Assembly: GCF_006345805.1 (NCBI RefSeq) | Contig: NC_042998.1 | Span: forward strand, 27,714,001 to 27,778,000 | Direction of reading: 5' to 3' | DNA: 64,000 nucleotides | Origin: Octopus sinensis | Taxonomy: Eukaryota | Shown: piece by piece, positions 38,034 to 51,127 of the stretch | Numbering within the stretch: the first letter of the stretch is position 1 | How the letters are laid out: every line of letters begins with the position of its first letter | Position numbers and translations under genes: made by a program | Notes under the pieces: model-generated | The model's database searches: none | The model's input: only the letters and a program-made list of their open reading frames with translations | Told to the model about the DNA's origin: nothing

Positions 38034-39189
38034 TTGGTCATGTCTCGTTTCACCTATATTCAACCCCTATCAGGCTTACGTATCTCGCATCTTCTCGTGA
38101 CCCATATTCTGATCGTCCTTGGGTATCATCACCGTATAGTCGTTAGAGATGAACATCAACCATGTTGATCTCATTCATGGGAAGAACTCACTCTTCATAA
38201 ACCATTAAAAAAAAAACCTCATCCTACACGGGAAAACTTCAAATGACATTTTGTATGATTTTTAGATGGAGCAGAAAAGAATTAATAAAATTAACATTGT
38301 ATATTGAATATAATCACAAATGAAACTTTCCTTTTATGGCCTACACGAAGCATACCATTAAGATATATTTGCTCTTTATATAACTGATTCTAAAATAACA
38401 CAAAAAGATTTAACGCATTACATTTAAAATTTTGTACTTTTGGAAGATAAGCGTTGAAATTCCTGCGCCATATTTTGTTATGGATATGGTATTATTGGCA
38501 TCAAAAACACTATAAAATTATTGAATATTTATCAGCCGCCTACGTCAATATAGATGTCATAAAAACCAACTTTTCCAAGCTATCATTAGATTTTCACCTC
38601 TATATCTAAGTTATGCACGAGCTGTTAATAAAATTGAATAATCTCAAAATCTGCACACACACACACGAACACAAACACACACACACACACACACTTATAC
38701 ACGTAAATTCGCACTCATACACACAGCGCCACTACGGCGATTATATACTATACGTACGTAGATATGGAAATCAGATATGCGCAAAGACACAATACAGATG
38801 TGTTTGGGAGTGTGCATTTGTATAAGCGAACGTAAATGTGCCGCTAGCTGAATAGAATATTAATATTGGGAATATAACTTCTATCTACAAGATACAGTTT
38901 AGATAAAACCAAAAGACATTAGTTATAATAGTGACAAGACATTCTGAGGAGGCAGGATGAAAGAAGATAAATCGTTGAATATTTCTCTTTCAATTTCTAC
39001 TTATGATATTGGGTTTTATTGTAAATCGGTTAACAGATTTTTCCCGAAAAATATATCTATGTATTGGTGTGTATGTGTGTCCGTATATGCGTAAATACAC
39101 GCACACATACATACATACGCGCATAAACGTATACATGTATATAGCTTAAAAATTATCTATCTATTTATCTGTCTGTCTCTCTGTCTGAC

Positions 39190-39193
39190 CGTG

Positions 39194-39253
<60 letters not shown>

Positions 39254-39299
39254 ATCTGTCTGTCTGTCTGTCTGTCTACCTACCTACCTACCTATCTAC

Positions 39300-39370
<71 letters not shown>

Positions 39371-39467
39371 ACTATATATCACTGTGTATGTATGTCAGTA
39401 TCTCTCTCTCTCTGTATGTCTATCTGTCTGTCTGTCGGTGTGTCTATCTATCTATTTATCTATCTAC

Positions 39468-39500
<33 letters not shown>
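39190..39500. repeat. (ATCT)n/(GTCT)n microsatellite
   Basis: Direct inspection; a similar tract lies at 50235-50345. Confidence 0.95.
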
Positions 39501-39777
39501 GTAAGTCTCCCAAGAGCCTAGAGATTCGTGTGACAGCGCTTATAAACACGACTGTAGCCCCCGAGGCACTTATGTGGTTTCACTGCAAATAAATGAAGAA
39601 ATATTACATTCGATGTTATGTGTTAAATAAACTATTGATTACATTAAGCACAAAATACATCATTATCTGGAACTGTGATTATAATAAGCGGAATTATTTA
39701 ATTTCTAGTAAAGAGTTTGAGACATTGATTTTTGGTAACAAGAGCCGTTCCATAGCATCACACGCAGGTATTATAAA

Positions 39778-39827
<50 letters not shown>

Positions 39828-39831
<4 letters not shown>

Positions 39832-40125
39832 AAGAAATGGAGTTAAACGCAGGTGTTATTCAAATCTTTATACTTCCGCTATATGTTTCGAAGAAAACAT
39901 TGGTATTATTCCAGAGGGAATAAAATGATGTAAAACAATGCGATCTTCTCATTAGGGGAAAAAAAGCTTATTGATGTGTTTTGTTTCTCTTTTTTTTCCC
40001 TAATGAGAAGATCGCATTGTTTTACATAATTTTTCCCCTCTGGAATAATGCCAATGTTGTCTTCGAAACATATGTCGGAAGTATAAAGATTTGAATAACA
40101 CCTGCGTTTAATTCCACTTCTTTAT
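39828..40125. mobile_element. Fold-back element, about 135-bp inverted arms
   Basis: ATAAAGAAATGGAGTTAAACGCAGGTGTTATTCAAATCTTTATACTTCCG is mirrored by CGGAAGTATAAAGATTTGAATAACACCTGCGTTTAATTCCACTTCTTTAT. Confidence 0.85.
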
Positions 40126-40269
40126 TTATCTGTTTTATAAAAAGATTTCACTAAACCCTGGAATTTCTATCTGTATAAGTAGGCTGTAACATCATTGGTA
40201 CTTATGTGAATTTTTTGCTACCCTGGTAACTATTTATTTATTTTTTCCCTGTTATTTGTACATAAATAA

Positions 40270-40505
40270 AAAAGGCACAAACATTTATACATAGATACAT
40301 ACATACAAACATACATACATGCATACATACATACATACATAACATACATACATACATACATACATACATACATACATACATACATACATACATACATACT
40401 TATATACATACATACATACATACATACATACATACATACATACATACATACATACATACATACATACATACATACATACATACATACATACATACATGCA
40501 TACAT
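40270..40505. repeat. (CATA)n microsatellite
   Basis: Direct inspection. Confidence 0.95.
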
Positions 40506-40831
40506 CTTTCTTTAACCGAACACACGTCTTTGATTGGTTAAAATTACCCAAATACGACAACATTAACACGAAATAACTTCTAAAATACAAAATGTTGTCG
40601 TTGAGAGTAAACCGTGTTCTACGTGAGAAATTCTAGCAGTATTCGAAGTTTCAAACTGTCTGGTTAAAAAGAAAAATTAAAAAATCTGTGATTGAGATGG
40701 AATAGATCCCAAATGTCTTCTACTATAGCTTCGGGACGACCAAAACCTTGTGAGTGGATTTGCTAGACGGAAACTGAAAGAAGCCTGTCGTTTTATATAT
40801 ATATATATTTTATGTATATATATATATATTA

Positions 40832-41016
40832 TTTGTTTCAGTAATTTGACCGCAGCCATACTGGAGCACCGCCTTTTGTCGAACAAATCGACCCCAGGAA
40901 TTATTCTTTGTAAGCCTAGTACTTATTCTATCGGGCTGTTTTGCCGAACCGCTAAGTTACGGGGACGTAAACACACCAGCATCGGTTGTCAAGCGATGGT
41001 GGGGGGACAAACTCTC

Positions 41017-41058
<42 letters not shown>

Positions 41059-41614
41059 ACATACACACACACACACTACACACACATAGATATATAATCA
41101 AAATAAGCAACAGGATATATAGAAGTGATGCAGTACGACCGTTTCAAGCGGCTCCATTTAATTGAGCAATGCAATCATTACATCAATTTCAATCAGGGCT
41201 ATCATCAGGTGCAGAAATAAATAGAATTTTAATCAGTTGGACACAGTAGTATAATTTTTCTCAAATACTTTAAGAGAGCAAGAAGATGGAAGAAATCCAC
41301 GTTGTCGCTATTGTAGCTAAGATTAGACTACACTTCCAAGAAAGGCATGAAACTTACTGGGATCATAGCTTGTAAAGGATTGTGGTTCATTTCTAATTTA
41401 TTGGTCTTTTTATCAACTACCAAATCCACGACTAGAGGACTGTGTCTGTTTGGAATATATACGACGGGCTTCTTTCCAGTTTTCCATTTACCAAACCCAC
41501 TCACAAGACTTTGGTCGGCCTAGAAGACATTTGCCCAAGGTGCCGCGCAGTGGGACTGAACCCGGAGCTATGTGGTTGGCGAGCAAGCTACTTGCCACAG
41601 AGCCACTCCTGCGC

Positions 41615-41615
<1 letters not shown>
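40832..41615 (-). mobile_element. Family B SINE split by an insert of about 360 bp in its internal microsatellite
   Basis: 3' half at 40832-41010, 5' half at about 41455-41615, non-SINE sequence at about 41090-41450; an extra partial B 5' half lies inverted at 40706-40792. Confidence 0.8.
41133..41212 (-). ncRNA. Type I hammerhead ribozyme motif with long helix II
   Basis: Minus strand GCAC-CTGATGA-[56-nt arm containing AATTGA-t-GTAATG(attg)CATTGC-TCAATT]-GAA-AC(g)GT-C-GTAC; canonical core and GUC site, one mismatch in helix I. Confidence 0.6.
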
Positions 41616-41644
<29 letters not shown>

Positions 41645-41646
<2 letters not shown>

Positions 41647-41901
41647 TTAAATGTAGTTGTGTTTTTAACTTCTGCTTTTTCCATGATCACATGTGAGTAT
41701 TTTATTTATATCCCATTGAAAGCTCTACTGAAGAAGAACGTATCCTTTATAGAGATTAATTCCGAAATTGATTCAATATAGAGATAACGAAATTTAAATT
41801 TTATAAAGGTTAGTTGCCCGCTTTCAGTTCAATTTTCCTGTAACAAGTTGATTATAAGTGGATAAATCAGTGAGAATAACCTTCTATAGCCCTTAATTAT
41901 A

Positions 41902-41972
<71 letters not shown>

Positions 41973-42222
41973 CTTAAATGTAGTTGTGTTTTTAACTTCT
42001 GCTTTTTCCATGATCACATGTGAGTATTTTATTTATATCCCGTTGAAAGCTCTTACTGAGAAGAAGAACGTATCCTTTATAGAGATTAATTCCGAAATTG
42101 ATTCAATATAGAGATAACGAAATTTAAATTTTATAAAGGTTAGTTGCCCGCTTTCAGTTCAATTTCCTGTAACAGTTGATTATAAGTGGATAAATCAGTG
42201 AGAATAACCTTCTATAGCCCTA

Positions 42223-42230
<8 letters not shown>
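41645..42230. repeat. Tandem duplication of about 260 bp of unique sequence separated by (TA)n
   Basis: 41645-41903 and 41972-42230 differ by only 1-2-nt indels and one substitution. Confidence 0.9.
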
Positions 42231-42262
<32 letters not shown>

Positions 42263-42554
42263 TATATAGAAGGAGCTTCTAAGGACTAGAACTGTTTCAT
42301 TCAAGAGAAATCTTCAGGAAGCTAGTTAACAAGAATTGTATTGGCATTTATACATTTAGGCAGGTTTAAAGGGGTGTTGGTGGGGGACTTTTTGGGGGTA
42401 GGCATAGCGCAAAATATCATACTTGGGGGAGTGGTCAAGGAGTCAGTGTTAAATTAGATAGAAGAATAAAAATAAAAAAATAAAAAAATAAAAAAATCTA
42501 TATATAAAAAAAGGGGAATAGAGTTTTAGGTAAATAAGGAGATTCTCACTTATA

Positions 42555-43380
42555 CCTATGCACACATGTATACATACATACACACACATACAAACATATA
42601 TACATATACATACACACATATATATATACATATATATACACTTACACATACATATACATATCTACACATACACATATATGTATACATACACACACTCACA
42701 TGCATACACGTATACACACATGTATATATACACACACGACCACACATACATATACGCACAGAAAAATATATATACACATACACACACATATACTCACATA
42801 CACGCATACACACACATATCCACACACACACATGCACACACAGCACACTAGTCCCTATATACACATATATACACATATACACACATATACACACACATAC
42901 ATATACATACATGTATATACATATATATAAATATACATATGTGTACCTATGCATACCTACACCTACACACATATATATACACATACAAATACAGACCCAT
43001 TCCCTAATTTTAATTTTATTATCTTCGTTTATTACTTTCGTTATCTTTGGCCGCTTGGTCACAAACATCTTGGCTATGACAGCCAGTCCATTTATCTGTC
43101 TACTGGAAAACAAGCACTCATTCACTCACGCACACTCTTTAGCACGTACACTCACTCATTCGTACACACATACACATACACGCACGCACGCGTTATATTC
43201 ATACATACATACATCTACATCCATTCACGTATATACACATACGTACGCGTACCTACAGATTCATGTCTACACTCTTAGAAGGCTAGTCTATATAATACAC
43301 CAATAAATATAAATACCCACACATACATATACACCTACATACAAATACATACATGTATGTATATATATATATATATTCAC

Positions 43381-43423
<43 letters not shown>

Positions 43424-43553
43424 TATACATATATATACACACATACACATACATACATATACACACATACACATACATACGTATACATACATACATACAT
43501 CCATACATCCATACTTTATACACATACACACACCCCACATACATACATATATA

Positions 43554-43603
<50 letters not shown>

Positions 43604-43970
43604 ATTCATACACACACATACATATACATACATACATATACAAATATACGCACACACATACATACATACTCATATACTCATACACGCACATACACATGTA
43701 CATGCGTACCCATACACACACACACACACGCGCGCATCCATATATACACATAAGTACACACATGCGTAAAAGTATACATATATCTATGCTTACACATACA
43801 CACACACACACGCGCCTCCTTATATTCATACTTACATGCATACTCAAAAAATAAGTAAATAGTAAAATATATATACGCGCAGTTATTCATACATGCATAC
43901 TCAAAAAATAAATAATAAATATTAAGTATATGTACGTGCAGTTACCTATTATATAGACGGATACATACAT
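42555..43970. repeat. Long compound (CA/TA) microsatellite
   Basis: Direct inspection. Confidence 0.95.
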
Positions 43971-43984
43971 ATAAACTTACACAC

Positions 43985-45092
43985 CCCTTTTGCTGTCCTG
44001 GTGTTCGTATGCATTCGATCCTTCTTCCAGGAAATCTACGCTTCCAGCTTAGTTTTTCTAATGCTCGTTGCTTAGTTTTTCTTGGAGGGCTGGCCGTGAT
44101 CTAGTAATCTCAAGATTAATCAGCCGAAATTACTACGATGATCCGGTTCTTGACTGAAGACTGAGGGGTTCGAATGTCCTGTCCATGTTTATTGTATCGT
44201 CTTCTAAGAGTTATACGTTCTTGTCCATGTTGTATTTTTCTACATACCTTAACATATATTCCAGGCGCCCCGTACCCCCTTTATCATTAATGTGAACACA
44301 TATTCTTAATAATTGGTACGACTCTCTGTTTGTCTCTCTCTCTCTCTCATTTTTACTTGATCTGTCCCCCTCTCTCTCTCTCTTTTCTCTCTATTCATCT
44401 TCTCTTTCCTCTGATCCTTTGGTCTAGTCTTCCACTACCCTCCTATTTCTTTGTCTCGCTCTGCACTCACAGGTCATTCTTCGACACCCATCCCTTCTCC
44501 TCTCTGATTCCTTCTTTCTCTCTCTTTGTTGCGTTTTGTTCCCCTTTCTCTCTCTCTCTTCCTTTGCTTCTCTTTCTTTTCTTTTCCCTCTTCTCTGTCA
44601 CGTGACTGTTGGCCGAAATCTGCCTTTCAGCTCCTGACCCTCGTCGTGTTAACATCGTTGTCTTTCGCCCGCCGCTATAAAGGCTTTTTCCAATGCGCCA
44701 GAGAAAAAATTTGTTTGCTTGTTATCAGTCGTAAGACACTTGTTGTTTTCACCGTTAATGCTTCTGTATTTCATGTTTCTGTATTCCATTATTGTTTTTT
44801 GTTTTTTTGTTTTTTTATATCTGTCCCTTTTGCTGTCCTGGTGTTCGTATGCATTCGATCCTTCTTCCAGGAAATCTACGCTTCCAGCTTAGTTTTTCTA
44901 ATGCTCGTTGCTTAGTTTTTCTTGGAGGGCTGGCCGTGATCTAGTAATCTCAAGATTAATCAGCCGAAATTACTACGATGATCCGGTTCTTGACTGAAGA
45001 CTGAGGGGTTCGAATGTCCTGTCCATGTTTATTGTATCGTCTTCTAAGAGTTATACGTTCTTGTCCATGTTGTATTTTTCTACATACCTTAA
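43985..45092. mobile_element. Non-coding element with identical 268-bp terminal direct repeats
   Basis: 43985-44252 equals 44825-45092 base for base by eye, around a 572-bp internal region. Confidence 0.75.
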
Positions 45093-45687
45093 TATATATA
45101 TATATATATATACATATATACATACATATATACACATATATATACACATACACATATACATACATATATATATACACACACACATACACACACACATATA
45201 TATATATATACATACTTACACACATGTACATGTAAATACACACATAGATAACTCTACGTACCTACATATACATAAACACACGAGCGTACGCGTATATGTA
45301 CATATACACATACACATACACACGCATATATATACATACATACATACACATACACACATGTATACACACGCACACATATACACATATATATACATACACA
45401 TATATATGCATATATATATATATATACATATATATATACATATATATATACATATACACATACACACACATATATACATATATACATACATACATACATA
45501 CACATACACACACACACATACATATACATATACACACATATATACATACACATATACATACATACATACATACGTATATGCATACATACACACACACACA
45601 TATATATATATATACATACATACATACACATACACATACCCATACATATATATACACATGCACATACTTATATCTCTACATACTCGC

Positions 45688-45738
<51 letters not shown>

Positions 45739-45976
45739 TACATATACCTATATACATGTATATATACACATACATATATATACACATCTACAATTTGTAT
45801 CTACACTCACATACCTGCACATACACATAACTCTACATACCTACATATACATCGACATACTCGCGTACACTCATACATATACACATATATACATATACAC
45901 ACACACATACATATACATATACATATACATATACACAAATATATACATATATAATACACATATACACACACATACA

Positions 45977-46061
<85 letters not shown>

Positions 46062-46065
46062 ACAC

Positions 46066-46099
<34 letters not shown>

Positions 46100-46189
46100 T
46101 ATACATATACATACATACATACATACATATATACATACATGTACATATACATATACACACACATATATATATACACACACATACATATA
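45093..46189. repeat. 1.1-kb compound (TA/CA) microsatellite
   Basis: Direct inspection; source of the 306-aa and 309-aa spurious ORFs. Confidence 0.95.
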
Positions 46190-46346
46190 TCAACAATTGA
46201 GGGTAAAGTTAATTAGTTATTAATCAATTTCACCAAGTATTCAGTATGTAAAGGGACCATTATTTTTATGAGTAAACAATGTCTGAGGGAAAATATTCTC
46301 TAAGTAGTGGAGGAGGCTAAAAAACTTTTTGGGCTGCTATTTCTAG
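46190..46346. mobile_element. Repeat family F fragment (also 56089-56256 and 60116-60330)
   Basis: CAACAATTGAGGGTAAA...CAATTTCACCAAGTATTCAGTATG.AAAGGGACCAT is shared by three loci, each abutting (TA)n. Confidence 0.75.
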
Positions 46347-46364
46347 ATGTAAATATACGTGTGT

Positions 46365-46562
46365 GTGTGTGTTTCCACCATCGCTTGACAACTGATGTGG
46401 GTGTGTTTACGTCCACGTAACTTTGTGGTTCGGCGAAAGAGACCGATAGAATAAGTGCCAGGCTCACAAGAAATGAGTCCTGGGGTTGATTTGTTCGATT
46501 AAAAGCGGTGCTCCAGCATGGCCGCAGTCAAATGACTGAAGCAAATGAAAGAGTAAAAGAGT
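46365..46562 (+). mobile_element. 3' half of a family B SINE
   Basis: Starts at the (TG)n tract and runs to GAAAGAGTAAAAGAG. Confidence 0.8.
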
Positions 46563-47067
46563 CATACTCTATGCATTGAGTTTTCTTTCCAATGTTTGTA
46601 GTATTTATAATATATACATGGTTATGTTGTTTGTGTATGTATATATTTATTCGAATACACATATGTATAGAGATACAAACACACCATTCTCCCAGTACAC
46701 GCTCACACGTGTATAATACGTATGCATATATAGGTATCTAGGGAGATTTTATCGCTTATGAAAGTTTGAAAAATTATTTCGATTTAAACTTTGAAGCCAT
46801 GCAAAGCTACATTGACGTATGGAGATTCCCCGCTGCATTAAATATCAAGAATCACTGACAACTATTTACGCATCCAAGAACATTTCGATAATGTATCATT
46901 TTAAGTTTCGACAGCTTGATAGCAATCTAAAATCTGGTTTCAATACCCTCATGCACAGAAAGCCATGATTTATATATACATGTTTGTATGGATACGTTCT
47001 CTACACTTACACACGCATCTGTACACACTTATATGGACGAACGCATGCATGCGCATGTGTATAGGCA

Positions 47068-47302
47068 CTGAAGGCGGCGAGCTGGCAGAAACGCTAGCAC
47101 GCCGGGCGAAATGCGTAGCCGTATTTCGCCTGTCGTTACGTTGTGAGTTCAAATTCCGCCGAGCTCGACTTTGCCTTTCATCATTTTGGGGTCGATAAAT
47201 TAAGTACCAGTTACGCACCGGGGTCGATATAATCGACTTAATACCCATGTCTGTCTTTGTTTCTCCCCTCTATGTCTAACCCCTTGTGGGTAATAAAGAA
47301 AT
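47068..47302 (+). mobile_element. Family A SINE with 13-bp TSD
   Basis: ATGTGTATAGGCA at 47055-47067 and 47303-47315. Confidence 0.92.
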
Positions 47303-47360
47303 ATGTGTATAGGCATTTAAGTATAAACACATGCACACACACACACACACATGTATCTTG

Positions 47361-47724
47361 GCACTCCGTCAGTTACGACGACGAGGGTTCCGAATAACGA
47401 AACAGCCTTATCGTGAAATTAAGGTGCAAGTGGCTGAGCACTCCACAGACACGCGTACCCTTAACGTAGTTCTCGGGTAAATTCAGCGTGACACAGAGTG
47501 TGACAAGGCTGGTCCTTTGAAATACATGTACAGCAGAAACAGGAAGAAAGAGTGAAAGTTGTGGTGAAAGAATACATTAGGGTTCGCCACCACTCCCTGC
47601 CGGAGACTTGTGGAGATTTAGGTGTTGTCACTCAATAAACACTCACAACGCCCGGTCTGGGAATCGAAACTGCGATCCTATGACCGTGAGTCTGATGCCC
47701 GAACCACTGGACTATTGCGCCTCC
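47361..47724 (-). mobile_element. Family C2 SINE (diverged, internal deletion)
   Basis: Homologous to 48120-48506. Confidence 0.85.
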
Positions 47725-48119
47725 ACACACATGCATACATTCATGCCGAAGAAAAGTAGGAACTGTAAGTATTCATATCCACTGGAAAATAATTAGGAAC
47801 ATCAAGGAACACATTGTACGTTACAATAACTTTTTCACGTAACAACGAAAGGTGTCTCATTGAATACTTCATCACAATCAGCCACCAAAGTTTCATGGGT
47901 ACAGAATAAGCGAAATACACGATACGTATATTCTACCTAAAATGCGAACATGACACTCTTCTAGTATCAAACAGAAGAATAAAAATAACCAAACTCCAAA
48001 GTACAAGAAGTTGATAAAATTTGAAATATATTTACAAAACGTGTCGAACTAAAAGGAATCAATGCAATCAAAATCATCCTTTGTTATGCATATAAACACT
48101 GCCATTCCACATTAACTAG

Positions 48120-48506
48120 GAGGGAAGCACTCCGTCGGTTACGACGACGAGGGTTCCGGTTGATCCGAATCAACGGAACAGCCTGCTCGTGAAATTAACG
48201 CGTAAGTGGCTGAGCACTCCACAGACGCGTGTACCCTTAACGTAGTTCTCGGGGATATTCAGCGTGACACAGAGAGTGACAAGACCGGCCCTTTGAAATA
48301 CAGGTACAACACAAACAGGAAGTAAGAGTGAGAGAAAGAGGTGGTGAAAGAGTACAGCAGGGATCACCACCATCTCTGCCGGAGCCTCGTGGAGCTTTAG
48401 GTGTTTTTCGCTCAATAAACACTCACAACGCCCGGTCTGGGAATCGAAACCGCGATCCTACGACTACGAATCCGCTGCCCTAACCACTGGGCCATTGCGC
48501 CTCCAC
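48120..48506 (-). mobile_element. Full-length family C2 SINE with 14-bp TSD
   Basis: TCCACATTAACTAG at 48106-48119 and 48507-48520; 3' end CCCTCGTCGTCGTAACCGACGGAGTGC. Confidence 0.92.
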
Positions 48507-49189
48507 TCCACATTAACTAGTAACTACGTGAAAGCTTTTTAATTCTAAAACAACAATACAAAAAAACTAAGAGAAATAGCTCAAAGTGGTTCGTGGCATG
48601 TGTTTGAATAATATAAATATGTCATATAATATTGTTGTGTCTTGGGAGGATCATTTGGCTAATAACAATTACACACGCACTGATTCACTATCACTTCTTT
48701 ATTGTTAGTCAGTTGGCTAATTATTTAACCAACTAACTAATCGATCGTTTGTTTAATTAGCTGCTTAAACAATCATTCGGTCGTTTGTTACTCAAATTTT
48801 CTTTTTTTGCTATTCACGACCTTTTCAGTAACGCATCTTGTCCTCTCCCCTCAAGGTATGCTCTGTGTCCTTGTGTTAGTATTATTAGCGTAATAAGCAT
48901 CTTAAGATACAACAAGAGTTGTTTTAACACACGAATTCACATCAAGAATCTGGAAAACCAAATGCAAAAATGAAGTATGTCATATAACATACACCATAAA
49001 TTCTGTCCTCTTATCTCCACACAATCAACCTGTCCTTTTCTTTAATTGTATGTCAAGTTTGGAAAAGTTTTGGTGCTTGAGATTATCCCCCTGCTTCTGA
49101 AATGGAACTTGTCATGGTTGCCAAACTTAAAAGCGGAGATTATTTTAATAAATCAAGAATTTATTTTGTGTGTTATTTGATACATATTC

Positions 49190-49785
49190 ATCTGTATTCG
49201 AATCCCGGATATGTTGTGCTCTTGAGCAAGACATTTTATTTCACGTTGCTCCAGTTCACTCAGATGTAGAAATGAGTTGCGATGTCACTGGTGCCAAGCT
49301 GTATCGGCCCCTTTGTCTTTCTCTTGGATAACATCGGAGCGGGGATACTGGTGTGCATGTTTGTTCCTTCTCGAGCCACGTCTTGCTTATAAGGGCCATT
49401 TTCCCGGTTTCCTTGGCGTATAGGTTTCCTACCTGGACAGGACGCCGGTCCGTCGCAGGTGAGCTGCAAGATGCAGGAGGAAAGAGTGAAAGAAAATTGT
49501 GGCGAAAGAGTCAGCAGAAGGTCGCCATTACCTTCTGCCGGAGCCGCCTGGAGCTTAGATGTTTCGCTCATAAATACACACATCACCGGAACCCACGATC
49601 CCTCGACCACGAGTCCGCTGCTCTAACCACTAGGCCATGTGCCTCCACAACTGGTATGCATGGGTGATTGCTGGTCTTCCATAAACAACTTTGCCCGGAC
49701 TTGTGCCTCGGAAGGTAACTTTCTAGGTGCAATCCCATGGTCAGTCATGTCCGGAAGGGCTCTTTACCGGTCTGTATCATTAAAA
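49190..49785 (+). mobile_element. Family D' SINE hosting a C3 SINE (49360-49649, minus strand)
   Basis: Host halves match 60372-60942; TSD ACTGGT(G/A)TGCATG at 49347-49359 and 49650-49662. Confidence 0.85.
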
Positions 49786-50235
49786 CACTTGGCACATACC
49801 GCTTTGAGTTATTTCTATTACCTCATTTCTTAAAAAATATACAAATGTTTTCCACTCTATTTTGTAGAGGCAGTCTATTTTGCGGAGGCAGTCGTTGTGC
49901 TGATGAAGGTTATTGAGTCTGAGCCCGCGCCCACGACCATCTTCTTATTACCAGGCAATAAGCCTACCCTTTTGTCCTTGTAAAATACCGGAGATTGTTT
50001 AAAGAAATCAAGAATTTAAGTTTATTTTATTTGACACACTTGTATGTGTCTATATTAATTTTAAAGCTCCAATTAAAGCAGAAATCGTACAAATCTCTTT
50101 CTCACTCCCCACTTTTTTTCTCTCTCTCTGTTTCTCTGCTTGTCTGTCTGTCTGTCTCTCTCTCTCTCAAACACATACACATCTTTACCTATGATGTTAA
50201 CAGCCAATAACAATTCTCACTCTCAGGCGGAACAA

Positions 50236-50302
<67 letters not shown>

Positions 50303-51127
50303 CCTGTCTGCCTACCTGTCTGTCTGTCTGTCTATCTGTCTGCCTTGAATGAATTACTTCCTTAATTTGAATTACTGGAGAATAAAAGATGGTAGCTGCG
50401 TATAAGTATGTTCAGAGTTCTTTATAGAAAGTTTAATGAGAAATCCATAAAAAACTTTTTTTTACATAGAATCTCGGGTTCCACAGAATGTGAAGGAAAA
50501 GATAGAGGCGGAGGCAAGCGAGTCTTTGGAAGGTATTGAATTGGAAGTTCCAAAAAAAGCTGGGTGTACATTGTAATTGTAGAAGGATGAAAATACGCTG
50601 GAGATCGTTAGTGAATAAGGGGTTGATGAAATGATGTACAAACGTTTGTATAGAAAACTGACAGAGTTAACTTAGATATGGTCGAGTATAGGACATTCAT
50701 AGAATACAATTTCTGCTTTGTAAACGAACAAAGAAGTTTGTAAACTCAAGACGTGACACAGGTTGTGTGACATACACTTTTTACTATATTATATTGTCAG
50801 ATGTGTAAAGTGTGTTCGTTTGAATGGTTGGAGTTCCAAGGGAATTGTCTTGCTAAAAATTAAATTTAGTTCTTTTCTTTTAGAAAATTCGTTTTGTCAG
50901 ATTTTATATTTTTTGGAAGGATGTGCTGTGTAAATTAGGCGACGTATGTCTGTGAACGATGGCTGCGTTTTGAAAAGAAAATATGAGTGATGTCAAGAAC
51001 AGTGTAAAGTATTTGACGTGACAAAAAAAACAAACAAACAAAAAAAAAAACAAGAAAGAAAATTTTTTAAATGCATGGATCGCAAAGACGTCTCTGGTTG
51101 ATTATTGTCGTTATTATTTAATACCAA

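Noticed and set aside
42274-42323. Minus-strand CTGAAGA...GAAAC hammerhead-like relic
   Set aside because: The helix I partner (GAAGCT) is displaced by about 10 nt from the cleavage triplet and the base of helix II mismatches; at most a decayed remnant.
42558-46216. Long ORFs of 130-309 aa (YI/HT/CV-rich), also at 6856-9339, 16920-17714, 32104-33479 and 62489-63775
   Set aside because: They are translations of (TA)n/(CA)n/(CATA)n microsatellites that happen to lack stops.
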